A DNA stretch of 64,000 nt from Rhizodiscina lignyota (taxonomy: Eukaryota). Positions 25,853-37,874 of this stretch are shown one piece after another. The notes beneath the pieces were generated by a model. That model did no database searches and was not told where the DNA came from. It worked only from the letters and a program-made list of their open reading frames with translations. Position 1 is the first letter of the stretch, and every line of letters begins with the position of its first letter. The stretch spans positions 372,001-436,000 of the forward strand of contig ML978123.1 in assembly GCA_010015805.1 (NCBI GenBank), written 5' to 3'. A program made the position numbers and the translations under genes.

Positions 25853-27046
25853 ATGAAAGAAGCCATTCTCTCAGTTTCCAAAGATGCTGGCGTCGAAGTC
25901 AGTATCATCGATTCGCCCTTTCCCTGGCCAAATCCAGATGAAGTTCAAATCAAGGTCGTAGCGGTTGCAATGAACCCCAAAGATTGGTCTGTGTCCAGCA
26001 GTTCGCGCCTCATATAACCAAGTTCTAACAACAGCATAAGGAAATCCGTCATCTGGAACGAAGCCCCCAACAACGCTGGCGATGACATCGCAGGCATCAT
26101 CTCCGCCATTGGTCAAGGCGTGCTCGACTTCAAGATAGGACAACGAGTTGCAGCACTTCATCCTAGCATGACGCGAGGGGGAGGCTTTGCAGAGTATGCT
26201 ATTGCGCCGGCTCACTCAACATTTCACATACCAAACTCAGTTACATTCGAAGAGGCTGCAACAGTCCCCTTAGCAGCAATGACGGCAGCCATGGGCCTGT
26301 ACCTTCGAATGTCCCTACCACAGCCTTGTATGCCAGCGCACGAAGCTCAAAAGATTCCGATTGTTATATATGGATCTGCCAGCTCTGTCGGTGCATTTGC
26401 CGTCAAGCTCGCCATTCTGTCTGGGCTTCATCCCATCATCTGCGTCGCAGGACGGGGTGCCGAGTTTGTCGGTAGTATGATCGACAAGGACAAAGGCGAT
26501 GCAGTGATAGACTATCGCGAAGGAGACGAGGCAGTTGTGTCTGGCATCCAAGAAGCCTTGGCTGCTGCTGGGTGCCCGCCAACGGTAGCCTACGTCTTTG
26601 ATGCCATCAGTGAGAACGGAAGCCACGAGAACATTGATCAGATCATCTCTGATACTGGAGTCGTCACGCACGTCCATCAACCTGACGGCTACAAGAAGTT
26701 CGGCGTCATGAGCGCGCCTGAGACTTTCATTCGCACTCCGAACTTCAGGTACAGGGATGGTGTAAGAGTGACGACGACGATGGTCAATGACATTTTCCAG
26801 TCACATCAGTACGCGATGGATAATGCGAAGGACTTTGGGTTCATGTTTTCGAGATACTTTGGATGGCTGCTGAAAGAAGGGAAGTTGATGCCTCATCCAC
26901 ACGAGATTGTGCCGGGTGGCCTGAGAGGTATCAAACAGGCACAGGAGAAATTAATCAGGGGAGAGGCGAGTGCTGTCAAGTATGTCGTGAGAATCGCGGA
27001 CTCGGTTGGATATGGGCCAGGCCACCTCCTGTCATTGCCATATTAG
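25853..27046 (+). CDS. MDR trans-enoyl reductase-like oxidoreductase (LovC/ToxD-like)
   Basis: Motifs IKVVAVAMNPKDW|K, GDDIAG, SFEEAAT-like TFEEAATVPLA, IYGSASSVG and SAVKYV. Intron 25987-26040. Confidence 0.92.
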
Positions 27047-27120
27047 GTTGGCGTCGTATTCCTTCCCCTAAGTATTCTTGTTTGTCGCGCTCCACTGTTA
27101 CTGCCAGGGCTTTAGAGTAG

Positions 27121-29910
27121 CTAGGTCGTACTATTGCTAGTAGGTCCTGTATCCCGCTCTATACCCAAGGCTGAGTCAATCAAGTCGTACCAATTCACCT
27201 CGCCATCAAAGTCCATATTAACATCGATGGGATCTGTGTCCAAGTTGGTGAACGCATCAATTGAAGGGTCAGTGTCAGCCCATAGCCAAGGGACGAAGCC
27301 ATATCCTAACCAGTCTGCAGGAACCGTGGGAAAGGGATTGTACGACGGCTCAACAGTCTGTTCAAAGGCCAATTCGCCGGGGGCGTTCGTCATATTCATC
27401 GGCCCCTCGTCTCTGATATTGGTACTCTCCAGAATTTGGTTAGACTGCTGTCCAGTCGTGCCCAGATATGTCGGCTCAAAGGTCATACTGGAACTCAAAC
27501 TGCCTGGTCCTCCTGTAGAAAAGGACCCGGAATTCGGCTGGCTTGTGCTGGTTGTACGAATGGAGTTGGACGGAACAGCAATATCTGTACCAGAAATTCC
27601 AGATGTCGCTGTGTGGTCTCCGGGTAGGTCTAGGAGCTGGCGCCACCTCTCACGGAAGATGTCGACGCTAGATCCGGCCGGAAACGGCCCATTGCTTGAA
27701 GGCAATGGAAGTTTCTCGTCCTCCATCTCCAGTCTATTCGCGGCCTGCGGGTCAGCCCGTAATCGGGTGAGCTCCGCGCCGCGATGCTTCCGGACTTTGG
27801 CCAACATTTGTCGTAACGGAACCCAGATGCGCAAGTCCATGTCCGAAGGAGTTTGCGCTGGAATCAGCCAGCTGCTGTGAAGTGCGACCCAGGCCCTTTC
27901 AATGAGAGGCGACCAATGGCGGTGGGGGATCTCAATCACGAGATAAATAATACAATGCCAATGGGTACAGGTCTGGTAGAGCCAACGCCATTGTTGGCAG
28001 GCTTGTTCGGCGTTTAGCGCGTGGTTGTACTCCGCGACCTCGATCGCAGAGACCAGCAACTTGGTTCTTATCTCGTCCGTAAAGTATTCGCTTGGGGAAG
28101 AGAAGAGAACAGGGAGAAAGACGATGAGCGTCATTTTGGCCTTGACCATTCGTGCCATGGTGATTGTGACCCAATAGGCAATATTCTCCGACTCTTTCGT
28201 GTGCTGAAAGTAGCCTTGCTCGAATTTTTGGTAGATCTCGTTTAGCATACGACTTTGGTCTTCCAGGCCTCTCATGCCATCCCTCATATCTTGGAACATC
28301 ATCTGTCTCATGATGCTGCATACTTCGGCATAGATACGTGCGAATGACATATCGGTGATGCCATCACGCTCAGCAGGCATCCGTTTTGTCTCAGGGGCGA
28401 TGTCTGCATCGTTGATGTTCAAGGGAGTCTTCGTGTCAAAGCTGCCTTTCGCAATAGTAAGGTCCGTTCCTTGGTCCTCTGATGTTCTCATATCCAGAGC
28501 GACCACGGCCCACCAGGCTTTTCGTCGCGTTTCAATCTCAAAGGGAGTTAGGTGCTTGAACTGGGCCCCATCTCGCTGCAACCCAAGGTACTGGGCCATC
28601 CTGATGGTGAGTCCAGTAAGCATCCACACGAATCTCGGGCTATCATGTCGGCGGACTAGAAAGAGAAAAATGGTCATTGCTTGGACAAGAACTACATCAG
28701 GGACGTTGAGGAAATCGGCCTCTGCAAGGGCATACTCCAGTCCAAGACGATACTTGAGATTGAGGTCGGACTTGGAGGATCCAAAGTTGGCCATCATCTG
28801 CCCGGATTGACGTATTCAGCCCTCGATGTTTGATACATAGCATATAATCCCAAGGAGAACTCACATCGTCTTCCTCCATGGAGTTTATAGCAGCATAGCA
28901 GATCGAGAACATCAAAGCTTCGTTGGCTGGCGTGAGGCGGGTCAGGTTACTGCCGCGCAAACTGCGAATCATCTTTTTGACTGTTGGAATGTGGACGGCC
29001 TGGATGAAGATGTTCACATTCTCAGCGAAGATATCTACGAGAAACGGGATCTGCGACGGTAATGGGTAGAACTCGCGGACATCGGGAGCCGAAGGACTTA
29101 AATTGTGTCGAAACAGGAATGCATGGCGTTCTGAAGGTGCTCGCTCAAGTTCCTTAGTCGAAGATGTCTTCGCACGCAGTGCCTCATCTTCTGAGCTGTC
29201 GTACTCATTTTCTGCTAGGGAGCGGATGTCCGTCTTTAGCATATCGAGCTATGGCTAAAAGTCATCCAAGCATCCAGCAAAGAGGACGGTGTGAGCACAA
29301 CACTTTGACTTACCTCGTCATTCACTTCGGACCAAAAACCGGTGCTCACATAGTGGCTGCGACTGGCGTCTTGGAGAACCAACCTACCAAACTGCTTCTG
29401 CACACTACTAGAATTTGTGATGAGTGACGTGTCCCCGTGGTGGTTTGCGTCACGGTCCTGGGAAACGCTTTCAGAAGGGTCGACTCCATATGAGCTACTA
29501 CCGGCCGATCGAGCTGCCGCGTGGGCTTCTTCTAGCTGACCGCGCAGCTCTTTGACAAGGCTCTCGAGGTTACGAATTCTGTCCACAACCTTATCCATGT
29601 CCGGGCCAGCGTCCTGCGATGCCGGAACATTGGATGTTGTCGGATTGTTATTGAGGAAGCGACGCGGCCATCTCAGCGGTCGGTCTGGCGATGGAAATAC
29701 ACAGGCGATTCCTGCCCGACGACAGTTGGAGCACGGCGACTGCTTATCACAACGAACTCTGCGACTCCGGCATACGACACAGCTGCGCAGCTTCAGTGGC
29801 GGCGCAGGTGATGATGTTGGAGGCCCGGCGGGCGCGGACGATGCTGCATTGCTCTCGTGGCTCGAAATTGAGACTGGCACCGATTCTGTCGCTGCTGACA
29901 TCTGCGACAT
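27121..29910 (-). CDS. Zn(II)2Cys6 transcription factor with Fungal_trans domain
   Basis: Zinc cluster SCVVCRSRRVRCDKQSPCSNCRRAGIAC; RMAQYLGLQRDG...FEIETRRKAWW...D...SEDQG. Introns 29313-29249 and 28864-28798. Confidence 0.95.
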
Positions 29911-30330
29911 GTTGCAGTACTTAAATATTAATATTCTGCCCGATTGGCGTTCTTGCTCTTGCCTGCCTTGTGTTGTGAGCGAGCCCTGCAAACTCCAACG
30001 CGAAAAGGGCGCGAGAAGAGAGCGACGGGCTAACGAGGCCCCGATCTCACACGTCGCTGGGCACCCTAACTTTGCACGTGATTCAGGGCGACATAGATGT
30101 AATGCGTTGCAGTGTATTATAAATATTGCCCTTCGGCTTTCGTTGAAAATAGTCGTTGTTCATTCTTCAGCAGACCTTCAGATCTAAATAGCCCACTTTC
30201 TCTCAGCACCAAACGACTTGAACAGAGCAGAGTTTCGCTTGGCCGGTCTATCTTCACCAGAACCTTTTTGAGTTGAAGCACCACAAAGCAGAGCAATTTT
30301 TGTATCGTGGATAAGCTCCCTAACTCTATA

Positions 30331-31231
30331 ATGGCTACTCCACACGAAGAGTGCATCAGGGTGCGGCCCCTATCCAAAACTAACTCGCAACGCTCTCTCA
30401 CAGCATCTCCAGGGCACCGTCCACCATGGCCAACCTCAGGGCAAGGAAGAAATGATTCACGGCCTGAATACGTACGTGGTCGGTAACCGAACCAACCCAC
30501 GTGGAACCATCGTAGTCTACTCCGACATCTTTGGCCTGGGGTTGGTCAACAACAAACTCATCGCCGACTCCTACGCAAAAAGCGGCGAATGGCTAGTCTA
30601 CCTTCCAGACTTCTTCAAGGGCGATCCCGTAGGGCTTAAATTTGCCGATATCGCAATTCCAGTCGACGCCTCGAAGCAATCGTCGCTAGCAAAGTATACG
30701 GGTCTTCTTGCTACGGCGCCGTCGTTGATCATGTGGTTTACGAGGCACAAGGAAGGGCCTACAAACAAGACGTGCATGGATTTCTTGCAGGCGCTGAGAC
30801 GGGCGACTCCCAGGGGCCAGAAGATTGGCATGGTCGGAATGTGCTGGGGTGGAAGGTATGCATTTCGAGCCGCGCAAGAGAGGAATATGATTAAGATGGA
30901 TGATGAGATAGTCCCTCTTGTGGACGCCGTGGTGGCCCTTCATCCAAGTAACCTGTCCTTGCCGGAGGATGCCGAGAACTTCGTCGTGCCTGTTAGCACT
31001 GGATGGGGGCTGGAGGACACCAACACTAAGATTGAGCAGAAAGGCAAGGTAGAGGAGATCCATGCGAAAGAAAAACAAGCGGGAAGGAAGGTACCAGAGG
31101 TAGAGAACCAAGTCTACAAACCCGGCCGGCATGGGTTTTCTGTGAGAGGTAATCCGGATGATCCGATGGAGAGGGCATGCCTGGAAAACTCGGTGACGCA
31201 GGTTTTGAAATGGTTCACACAATGGCTGTAG
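30331..31231 (+). CDS. Dienelactone hydrolase family protein
   Basis: Motifs SDIFG, PDFF, nucleophile GMCWGG and HGFSVRG. A short 5' exon MATPHEECIR is followed by an intron starting at 30361. Confidence 0.93.
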
Positions 31232-32678
31232 AAGATATTCGATAATGCCTCCTCTTCCCAGAGTTCGAAGTAACCTTCAGTATTTTCCTATTCCATGTGA
31301 TATATTGACCTGATGGACGATGAAAGGTCAGAATATTTATGTGTCTGTGTATTTGGAAGCGATCAAACCACGACGGTCAAATACTATGCTTTGGAACCTG
31401 TTGAAGCTACTGTGAGCTGATCGCCTTCGTTGAAATATGCAGTAATTCAGTACGTCGCTCAGGTGAAGCTCATACAGCTTAGCTTTGGTCAGTGCCGAAA
31501 TCAGATTAAGCTAATAAGACGAGTAGAAGCCCCCTTCGATCAATGTTATGTTGTTGGTTGAAATTGGACCTGCAGATTCGATGACTGAGTGAGCTCCAAG
31601 AATTCACCGTGCCAAGCCCCAGCTGGGTTCCGCTCCGCTGGCGGGGAGAAACACGCTAAGCCTTGCGACCGCTCCGCCACTGCCCCTGAACAACCTCACT
31701 CTTGTCCTAAAGGAGGAGATATTGGTCCAAGCTGGAATTACTATTGACATGGATGTGCTTAGGGTGTCAATCGTGTCATCTGTTGAACATTGGATTTTGC
31801 CATGCCAATTTGACGAAATTTCCCGAGTACAGCTCGCGATGGATAAGATATCCAGCATTTCCATCCCTTCGGTAGAAGCATTTGAAGCTTGCATAGTCTC
31901 GAGCGCTACATTTCGTTCCGCATCTGCAATCCCGAACTAATACTGCGAGACATGCAGCTAACGCACCTGTCGTTCGCCAAGTGATACGTGCGCGATTGAT
32001 GCAAAAGGAGAACGTTGCACATGGCCAAATTGGCACGATGCTCGACGCGTCCAAAGAGCGTCAAGAGAACGCGCCGACCGTTTTGGCGCTGGGTCGATCC
32101 CAGGGGCGTTGGCGGCTTGTTTCATGGATCTCGCGCTTATCGATATGCAATCGATTATCTGCTTACCACCTGGATTTGTGCTGGGATACGAAGAATGGCC
32201 GCGAGTTGCAGAGGTGATGCCCGCTGCGAATAGGGGATGCCAGCCAATTGAGGCAGAGGTAGACTCAACGTTCATAGACGAGAAATGCGAATGAATCGAC
32301 AAGGCTAATGAGATGTGCAACGATTGTTTTCGTGTCTTCGCAAATGAGCAGGCTAGGAGATTGGCTTGCTGTCCGCATCTCTCATCCCTGGCTACCGGCT
32401 TGCATAAGGGGGGAATGGGGTTGGTCGTGCGGCTCTCGACCTTGAACCTCCCGCTCTACTGGACAATCCAACTCTTTAAACACTCGTTAATTGATATATA
32501 CTAATACCATCACGCTCGTTACTGCATTGCAGACTCAGTCTATCTTTTCGTCCAAAGTCCACATCGACATTTGGACTCCAAAGCACTCTCTCCTTTAATA
32601 AACCCCAAGGAAGAAGAAAGCATATTCTCCTTGGATACCTCGAAGGTACCCCCTCAACGAAACAAATCTCCTCCCACC

Positions 32679-34376
32679 GTGGCGACCTCATATCTCCAGC
32701 GGCCCTCGGCCATTGAAGTCCATCGAAGCGTATCGCCTCACCAGGTCAGGAACCTGGCACCATATTCCACCACGGCTCCATCACTAGAAGAAAAACCGAA
32801 CGTGTCTGCATATGGACACGATATCTCCCGTCCCTCCTCGACGATATCGACCTCGACACATTCCTCATCGCAGTACTCTCAGGTCAGACACAGCAGCAAT
32901 CCAAACCTACAGCTTCCTGGCCTTTCGGCGCTGGCCGTCGCGGCAGCTGGTCCTGGACCAAATGGCCACAGGTACGTTGAACAGCAGAAATAATCCGCAA
33001 GTGTCAATGGACAGGAATGAGAAAGCATGGACAAACTGGGGCCTTTACGACCCTCCAGGGGGACCTGAGCACCCCGGCGCTCAACTCCGTCACCATGCTT
33101 TCGCAGAGATTCTGCCCGACTGGTCACGAAACACTGAGAAACAAATTCTGACGGCAATATTTTCTCTAGAAGTTTTACGATGAATTATGCCACCGCTCCA
33201 GCAGCAACCTCTGGTGGTGGATCGGCAGTAAGTGTTGCTGGCATTTCCCCCTCCCTGCCCTGCGCGAAAACACACATATCCCTGTCGCCTGCCAATTCGA
33301 TAGGTTCCTATCTCTTATCAAATCTCCGACTCCAAGACCGCTTTTTTCCATCGATATACCAATTCCAATTCAACTTCGCGCAACTTATTATCGCCCCGAT
33401 GGCTGCGGCTCTTGCTAACAATGATAACCTCAATTTGCAGCCCGTATGTCACAACTGCCAGACCTCCACAACCCCGCTATGGCGGCGCGACGAATTTGGC
33501 TCCGTCCTCTGTAACGCCTGTGGCCTCTTCCTCAAATTGCACGGCAGACCGCGACCGATAAGTCTCAAAACCGACGTGATCAAGAGTCGCAATCGGGTTA
33601 AGGCCTCTGGACAAGGTCCGAGAAAAAAGGTACCACCTCATCAAGCGGCCATCGCGTTCACGCGACGTCGCATCAAGAGAACTATCTAATGCGTTACGCA
33701 GTCTAGCGGAGACTCGAATGGCGGCCTTCCAGCAGCTCATCCTGACACTGCAAACTCCTCCGACCCAGCGCTCTCCGCGCGCCGCCCTTCACAGAAAGTA
33801 TCCTCTGCAATCTCTGACCGATCGAACTCACCCATCTCTCGCTCGGAGACACCCCTCACACACACCATAACCCATGCGCACAACTCTAATATCGCTCCAC
33901 AACACCTCTTCGATGGCGTCGGACTCACCTCGCATACATTCGACTCACCTGCGCTCCCTTCCTTCGCGCTCCGTCAGCCTTCGCCCTCCTCTGCTAGCCT
34001 CAATGGCTCACACGATCCAACCGCGGGCCCTTCAGCACCGGGTAGCTATGACCTTGAGACCCTGAAAACGCGCGTATCAGAACTGGAGGTCATCAATGAC
34101 CTTTTCCGGGGTCGTGTGAGTGAGCTGGAGGGTAGCGAACAGGATGCACGAAGACAAGCGCTTGCAGCACAAGAATCTGAAGCAAGAATACGACAAGAGC
34201 TGGGGCAGGCATGGGAGAGAGAAAAGGGGTTAAGGAAGAGGTTAGAGGAGTTGGAGGCCGGCGAAGACGGTGAGAGGAAACAAAAGAGACCGAGGCTGGA
34301 TAGCACGAATGGGTTTGGGAGTGGCGCTTCGTCGCCTATGTCGACTAACGGAGTCAATGGACATGGTGAGGTGTAG
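32679..34376 (+). CDS. areB: GATA zinc-finger/leucine-zipper nitrogen regulator, AreB/ASD-4 (Dal80/Gzf3-like); multiple predicted starts
   Basis: Finger [50 protein letters not shown] and C-terminal zipper [23 protein letters not shown]. Introns 32972-33169, 33228-33440 and 33630-33701. Candidate starts: GTG 32679, ATG 33180, ATG 33399. Confidence 0.93.
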
Positions 34377-34429
34377 CGGCGACAATGGTTCACGATATGT
34401 TTGATGTTTGCTCATCATGGCGCTTTTGC

Positions 34430-34470
34430 GCTGTTGCATTTTGCTGTTGCATTTTGCTGTTGCATTTTGC
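34430..34470 (+). repeat. 13-bp tandem repeat (GCTGTTGCATTTT) x3 in the areB 3' region
   Basis: Read directly from the sequence. Confidence 0.8.
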
Positions 34471-35003
34471 GTTTCCTTTTGCTGGGAGGCTGTAGACGTT
34501 TTCATGCCTCATGGCATCAAAAGTCCTTCGTCCACCTCAGGTAAAGCGTCTCATAATGTTTTATGAAAGCTGTCTCTGTACTGCTTTCAGGATGTACTCT
34601 ATCCACAGCGACTTCACACGTCAGAGGGAGAAACAGGGATAGCAGAAACGCTAGATAACCTCGGCTCTGCTGACTAGCCTGGGGGTAGCTGGGATAATCA
34701 TTAGCATTGATATCCAAAGAATCATCTAATCTACGAAATACTCGCGATTGAATTTCGAGCAGCATATGCCAATATGAATTCGAGTTTCAGATCTACAGCA
34801 CGTGATGTCTTCATTTCCACATTCGTGCCGTCCCGCGTGTGCATGAACGGAATGACGACTTCGCTTGATATCTTGCGAGTGTCTGCCGCATCTTGCTTTT
34901 TCAATCTCAGCTAGAGGGGTCAGTGTAGTCTCAATGGTATAAGGTCCATTTCGATCGTCAATTGTGTGCATACAGACATCCAGTCTGTCTCTCCATCTCC
35001 AAA

Positions 35004-36435
35004 ATGGCATCGAATGGCCTTCTTTCCTCCTTTCTGGCGGCCATCCAAGCCAGTCTCTCAGTCCTACTAGTCATATCGTATGGCGCAATTGCTGCGAAAT
35101 TCAAACTCTTAGATAGCGCTTCTGGCAAGGTCATCTCGAAAGTTTGCGTCAAGATGTTTCTTCCAGCGTTGCTTTTCGCCAAAATCGGATCTGAGTTGCA
35201 CGCGGGTTCTGCACATCGATACCTCATCATCCTGATCTGGGCATTCATATGTCACTTTGTCTCCTTCCTCATCGGCATGGGGGTGCATCTTGGCTTCGGA
35301 TTCCCAGACTGGACGACTGCGGCGCTGATGTTTAATAACACCACCTCTTATCCATTGTTGCTCATCCAGAGTCTGCAAGAGACGGGTATTCTGCAAAGGC
35401 TGATTGGCGAAAATGAGAACATGAGCGCGGCCATCGAGCGTGCGAAGAGCTACTTCCTCGTCTTCGCAACAATCTCTAGCTGTCTAACCTTCGCCGTGGG
35501 ACCGCGCCTTATCGACACGGAGCACTCGCCCGACCCACCAGACGACAAGGACGATGAGGAGGATGATGACGACGGCGCGAGGGATGAGGAAGCCCAGCAA
35601 GACGGTACCAACGAGGGAACGACCCTCCTCCCGCACACTCGCGAGAGACTGGCCTCCATCGTGGAAACAACATTCTTCCCTACAGCTCCCCGCGACCCAG
35701 ACCACCCCCGGCAATTCTCTACTGCGTACGACCGCCGCCCCTCCAAAATTCTCATCGCCAAGAAGCGCTGGCTCGAATTGCATCCCCGCACGCAATGGTG
35801 GCTGCTCTTCCTGTACGACTTCCTCAACGCACCGCTCCTAGGTGCTGTTGTCGGCGCGATCATCGGACTCGTCCCACCCTTGCAGCGTGCTTTCTTCAAC
35901 GACACAGCTGATGGGGGCATCTTCACTGCCTGGTTGACTGCGTCCCTTAAGAACATCGGTTCTATCTTCGTGCCGCTGCCGCTGATAGTAGCCGGCGTCT
36001 CGCTGCTCATGTCATACCGGGCGTCTCGCAGTGCGGCGGCGTCATCTGAGGAGCGCACGCCATGGCTCGTGACTGGATTTGTCCTTGTGGTCAGGTTTAT
36101 CATTTGGCCAGCCGTCTCGATTCCGGTTATCTACGCGCTGGCAAAGAAGACGGATGTCTTAGGAACGGACCCGATGTTGTGGTTTACTTTGATGCTCATG
36201 CCCACGGGACCGTCGGCGATGAAACTGATCACCATGGTGCAGGTGAGCGACGCGGATGAGAAGGAGGAGCATAAGATTGCTAGGTTGTTGACGGTGAGTC
36301 TTGACGCCACTTGAATCGTGAAATCCGGAGACGCAGGGGTGCTAATAGTCGCGGTAGATATCATACGTCATTTCGCCGATTCTAGCATTCACCGTCGTCG
36401 GGAGCCTGAAAGCCGCCGAGGCTGCGATGAATTAA
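35004..36435 (+). CDS. Auxin efflux carrier / Mem_trans (PILS/ECM3-like) transporter
   Basis: Motifs FLPALLFAKIG, FNNTTSYPLLLIQSL, NAPLLG and DPMLWFTLMLMPTGPSA, with two hydrophobic halves around an acidic loop. Intron 36294-36357. Confidence 0.92.
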
Positions 36436-36600
36436 TGTTGTTTTGAACAGTAATTATATGTACTTGTGTCGTTAGAAGCCATGTCAGTTTGCTGGCTTTA
36501 ATGCCTTTTATACATCCAATGCGAAATTGTTATTCCCCAACGCCGCTTCGCTGATGCTGGAATGCAAATAGTAAAACAATGCTCATGATCAAAGGATCTT

Positions 36601-37506
36601 TCAGGAGCTTCCGCCGTCTACACCGGAGTTTCTCTCATCCTTCTCCAGGACAGCAAGTCCAGTGACCACAATCCCTTCAATCTCTCGATCAGTCAAATCA
36701 CGCTTCGTGATAGCGATCCTTCCGACCTTGCTCGGACTCGGCGTCCTCGTGATAAGAGCAACCACCTCCCCACTCTCATCAGTGCATTTCAGATGGCCAC
36801 CGATCATCCCCTCACCCCCACCCTTGTGACCACCTGCCGCCTTCGACGAAGTGCCCTTCCAGAACCAGTCCTTCCCCGCAAAGTGCACCCGCTTCCGCCG
36901 GCTGAACAAGCCATCCGACGACACTGTCGTGGATTCCGGAGGCGACGAGCGTCCGAAGCCCGTGAGGTGGATCTCTTCGGGAGAGAACATCGATCTGAAC
37001 CGCACCTCACCAATTACGGGACCTGACTCGGTGCCACGCTGCACCATGATGTTCGGCTTTCCGGACATGCCGAGCGCGGTGGGCGGGAAGCTGACATGGA
37101 ACGCTGGGCTGCGCTTGTCCGGCAGCGTGATGTCGTACGTCCTGCGGGAGAAAATAGGCGAAGTCTTATAGATGTGGAAGACGAGCTGCGCCGGCTCTTT
37201 GGTGTCGACCATGGGTGAGTCTGGAGGCGTGGGGAGCGCAAGTGGGTACGGATGCGGCGGAACGCCCGTGGCTGCCGGGGAGGCTTGGTAGGATGGCGGC
37301 GGACTGGTGGAAACGGCGGAATCGGCGCGTTTGTAGTATCGAGACGATGTCGATGAGGGGGTCAAGTTGAAGTCTCGACTTTTACTGGACGATGATTTCC
37401 GCTTCTTCCGGCGTGTCTCTCCGTCGAAGCCGGGCTGGGCCATGTTCGAGGGGGAGTGTCCCCATGAGAAGCTGCCCGCTGGCAATTGGCCTGAGAGAGC
37501 GTTCAT
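36601..37506 (-). CDS. Hypothetical protein with C-terminal tubby/LURP-like beta domain
   Basis: 301-aa ORF with a low-complexity PPPSY-containing N-part. The C-terminal part FHIYK...PVIGEVRF...WFWKGT...HLKCTDESGEVVA resembles fungal tubby-like/DUF6593 proteins (inference). Confidence 0.75.
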   Translation of the reverse strand: MNALSGQLPAGSFSWGHSPSNMAQPGFDGETRRKKRKSSSSKSRDFNLTPSSTSSRYYKRADSAVSTSPPPSYQASPAATGVPPHPYPLALPTPPDSPMVDTKEPAQLVFHIYKTSPIFSRRTYDITLPDKRSPAFHVSFPPTALGMSGKPNIMVQRGTESGPVIGEVRFRSMFSPEEIHLTGFGRSSPPESTTVSSDGLFSRRKRVHFAGKDWFWKGTSSKAAGGHKGGGEGMIGGHLKCTDESGEVVALITRTPSPSKVGRIAITKRDLTDREIEGIVVTGLAVLEKDERNSGVDGGSS

Positions 37507-37874
37507 GGCTGAGAGAGTTTACGTTTTCGATCTGCTGAAGACGAGAGCGGGACGTGCTGATATAAGTATGGTGTCGTTCCGGCCGACGGAGCAGGGGTGG
37601 TGGCGGCGGAAGCGTAGGCTGAGGAAGACGCGGATGACGGATTAGAAGAGGAAAAAGAAGACAACGGTGTGGAATATGACGAGGGGAGAGAGTAGAACGA
37701 GTTAGTATTGGGTGCGGAAGAGAGGGAATCGGAGCCCGATTGCCAGAGGCTAGACTGCAATGACAGCTCGGTGCATAAGACGAAGAGTTCGACGTGCGCT
37801 TCCGACTTCTTTAGCTTCTCGCTGGACAGCGCGGTCTGAACAACCTCAAAGAGTTCTGACTGATCGGATGACAT
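37503..37874 (-). CDS. Ser-rich 123-codon ORF whose stop overlaps the next start (ATGA); uORF or 5' half of a frameshifted gene
   Basis: The ORF ends ...DRKRKLSQP*, with TGA overlapping the ATG at 37506. Confidence 0.4.
   Translation of the reverse strand: MSSDQSELFEVVQTALSSEKLKKSEAHVELFVLCTELSLQSSLWQSGSDSLSSAPNTNSFYSLPSSYSTPLSSFSSSNPSSASSSAYASAATTPAPSAGTTPYLYQHVPLSSSADRKRKLSQP

Noticed and set aside
31604..32504. Overlapping short ORFs upstream of areB
   Set aside because: No domain or splice support; most likely promoter sequence.
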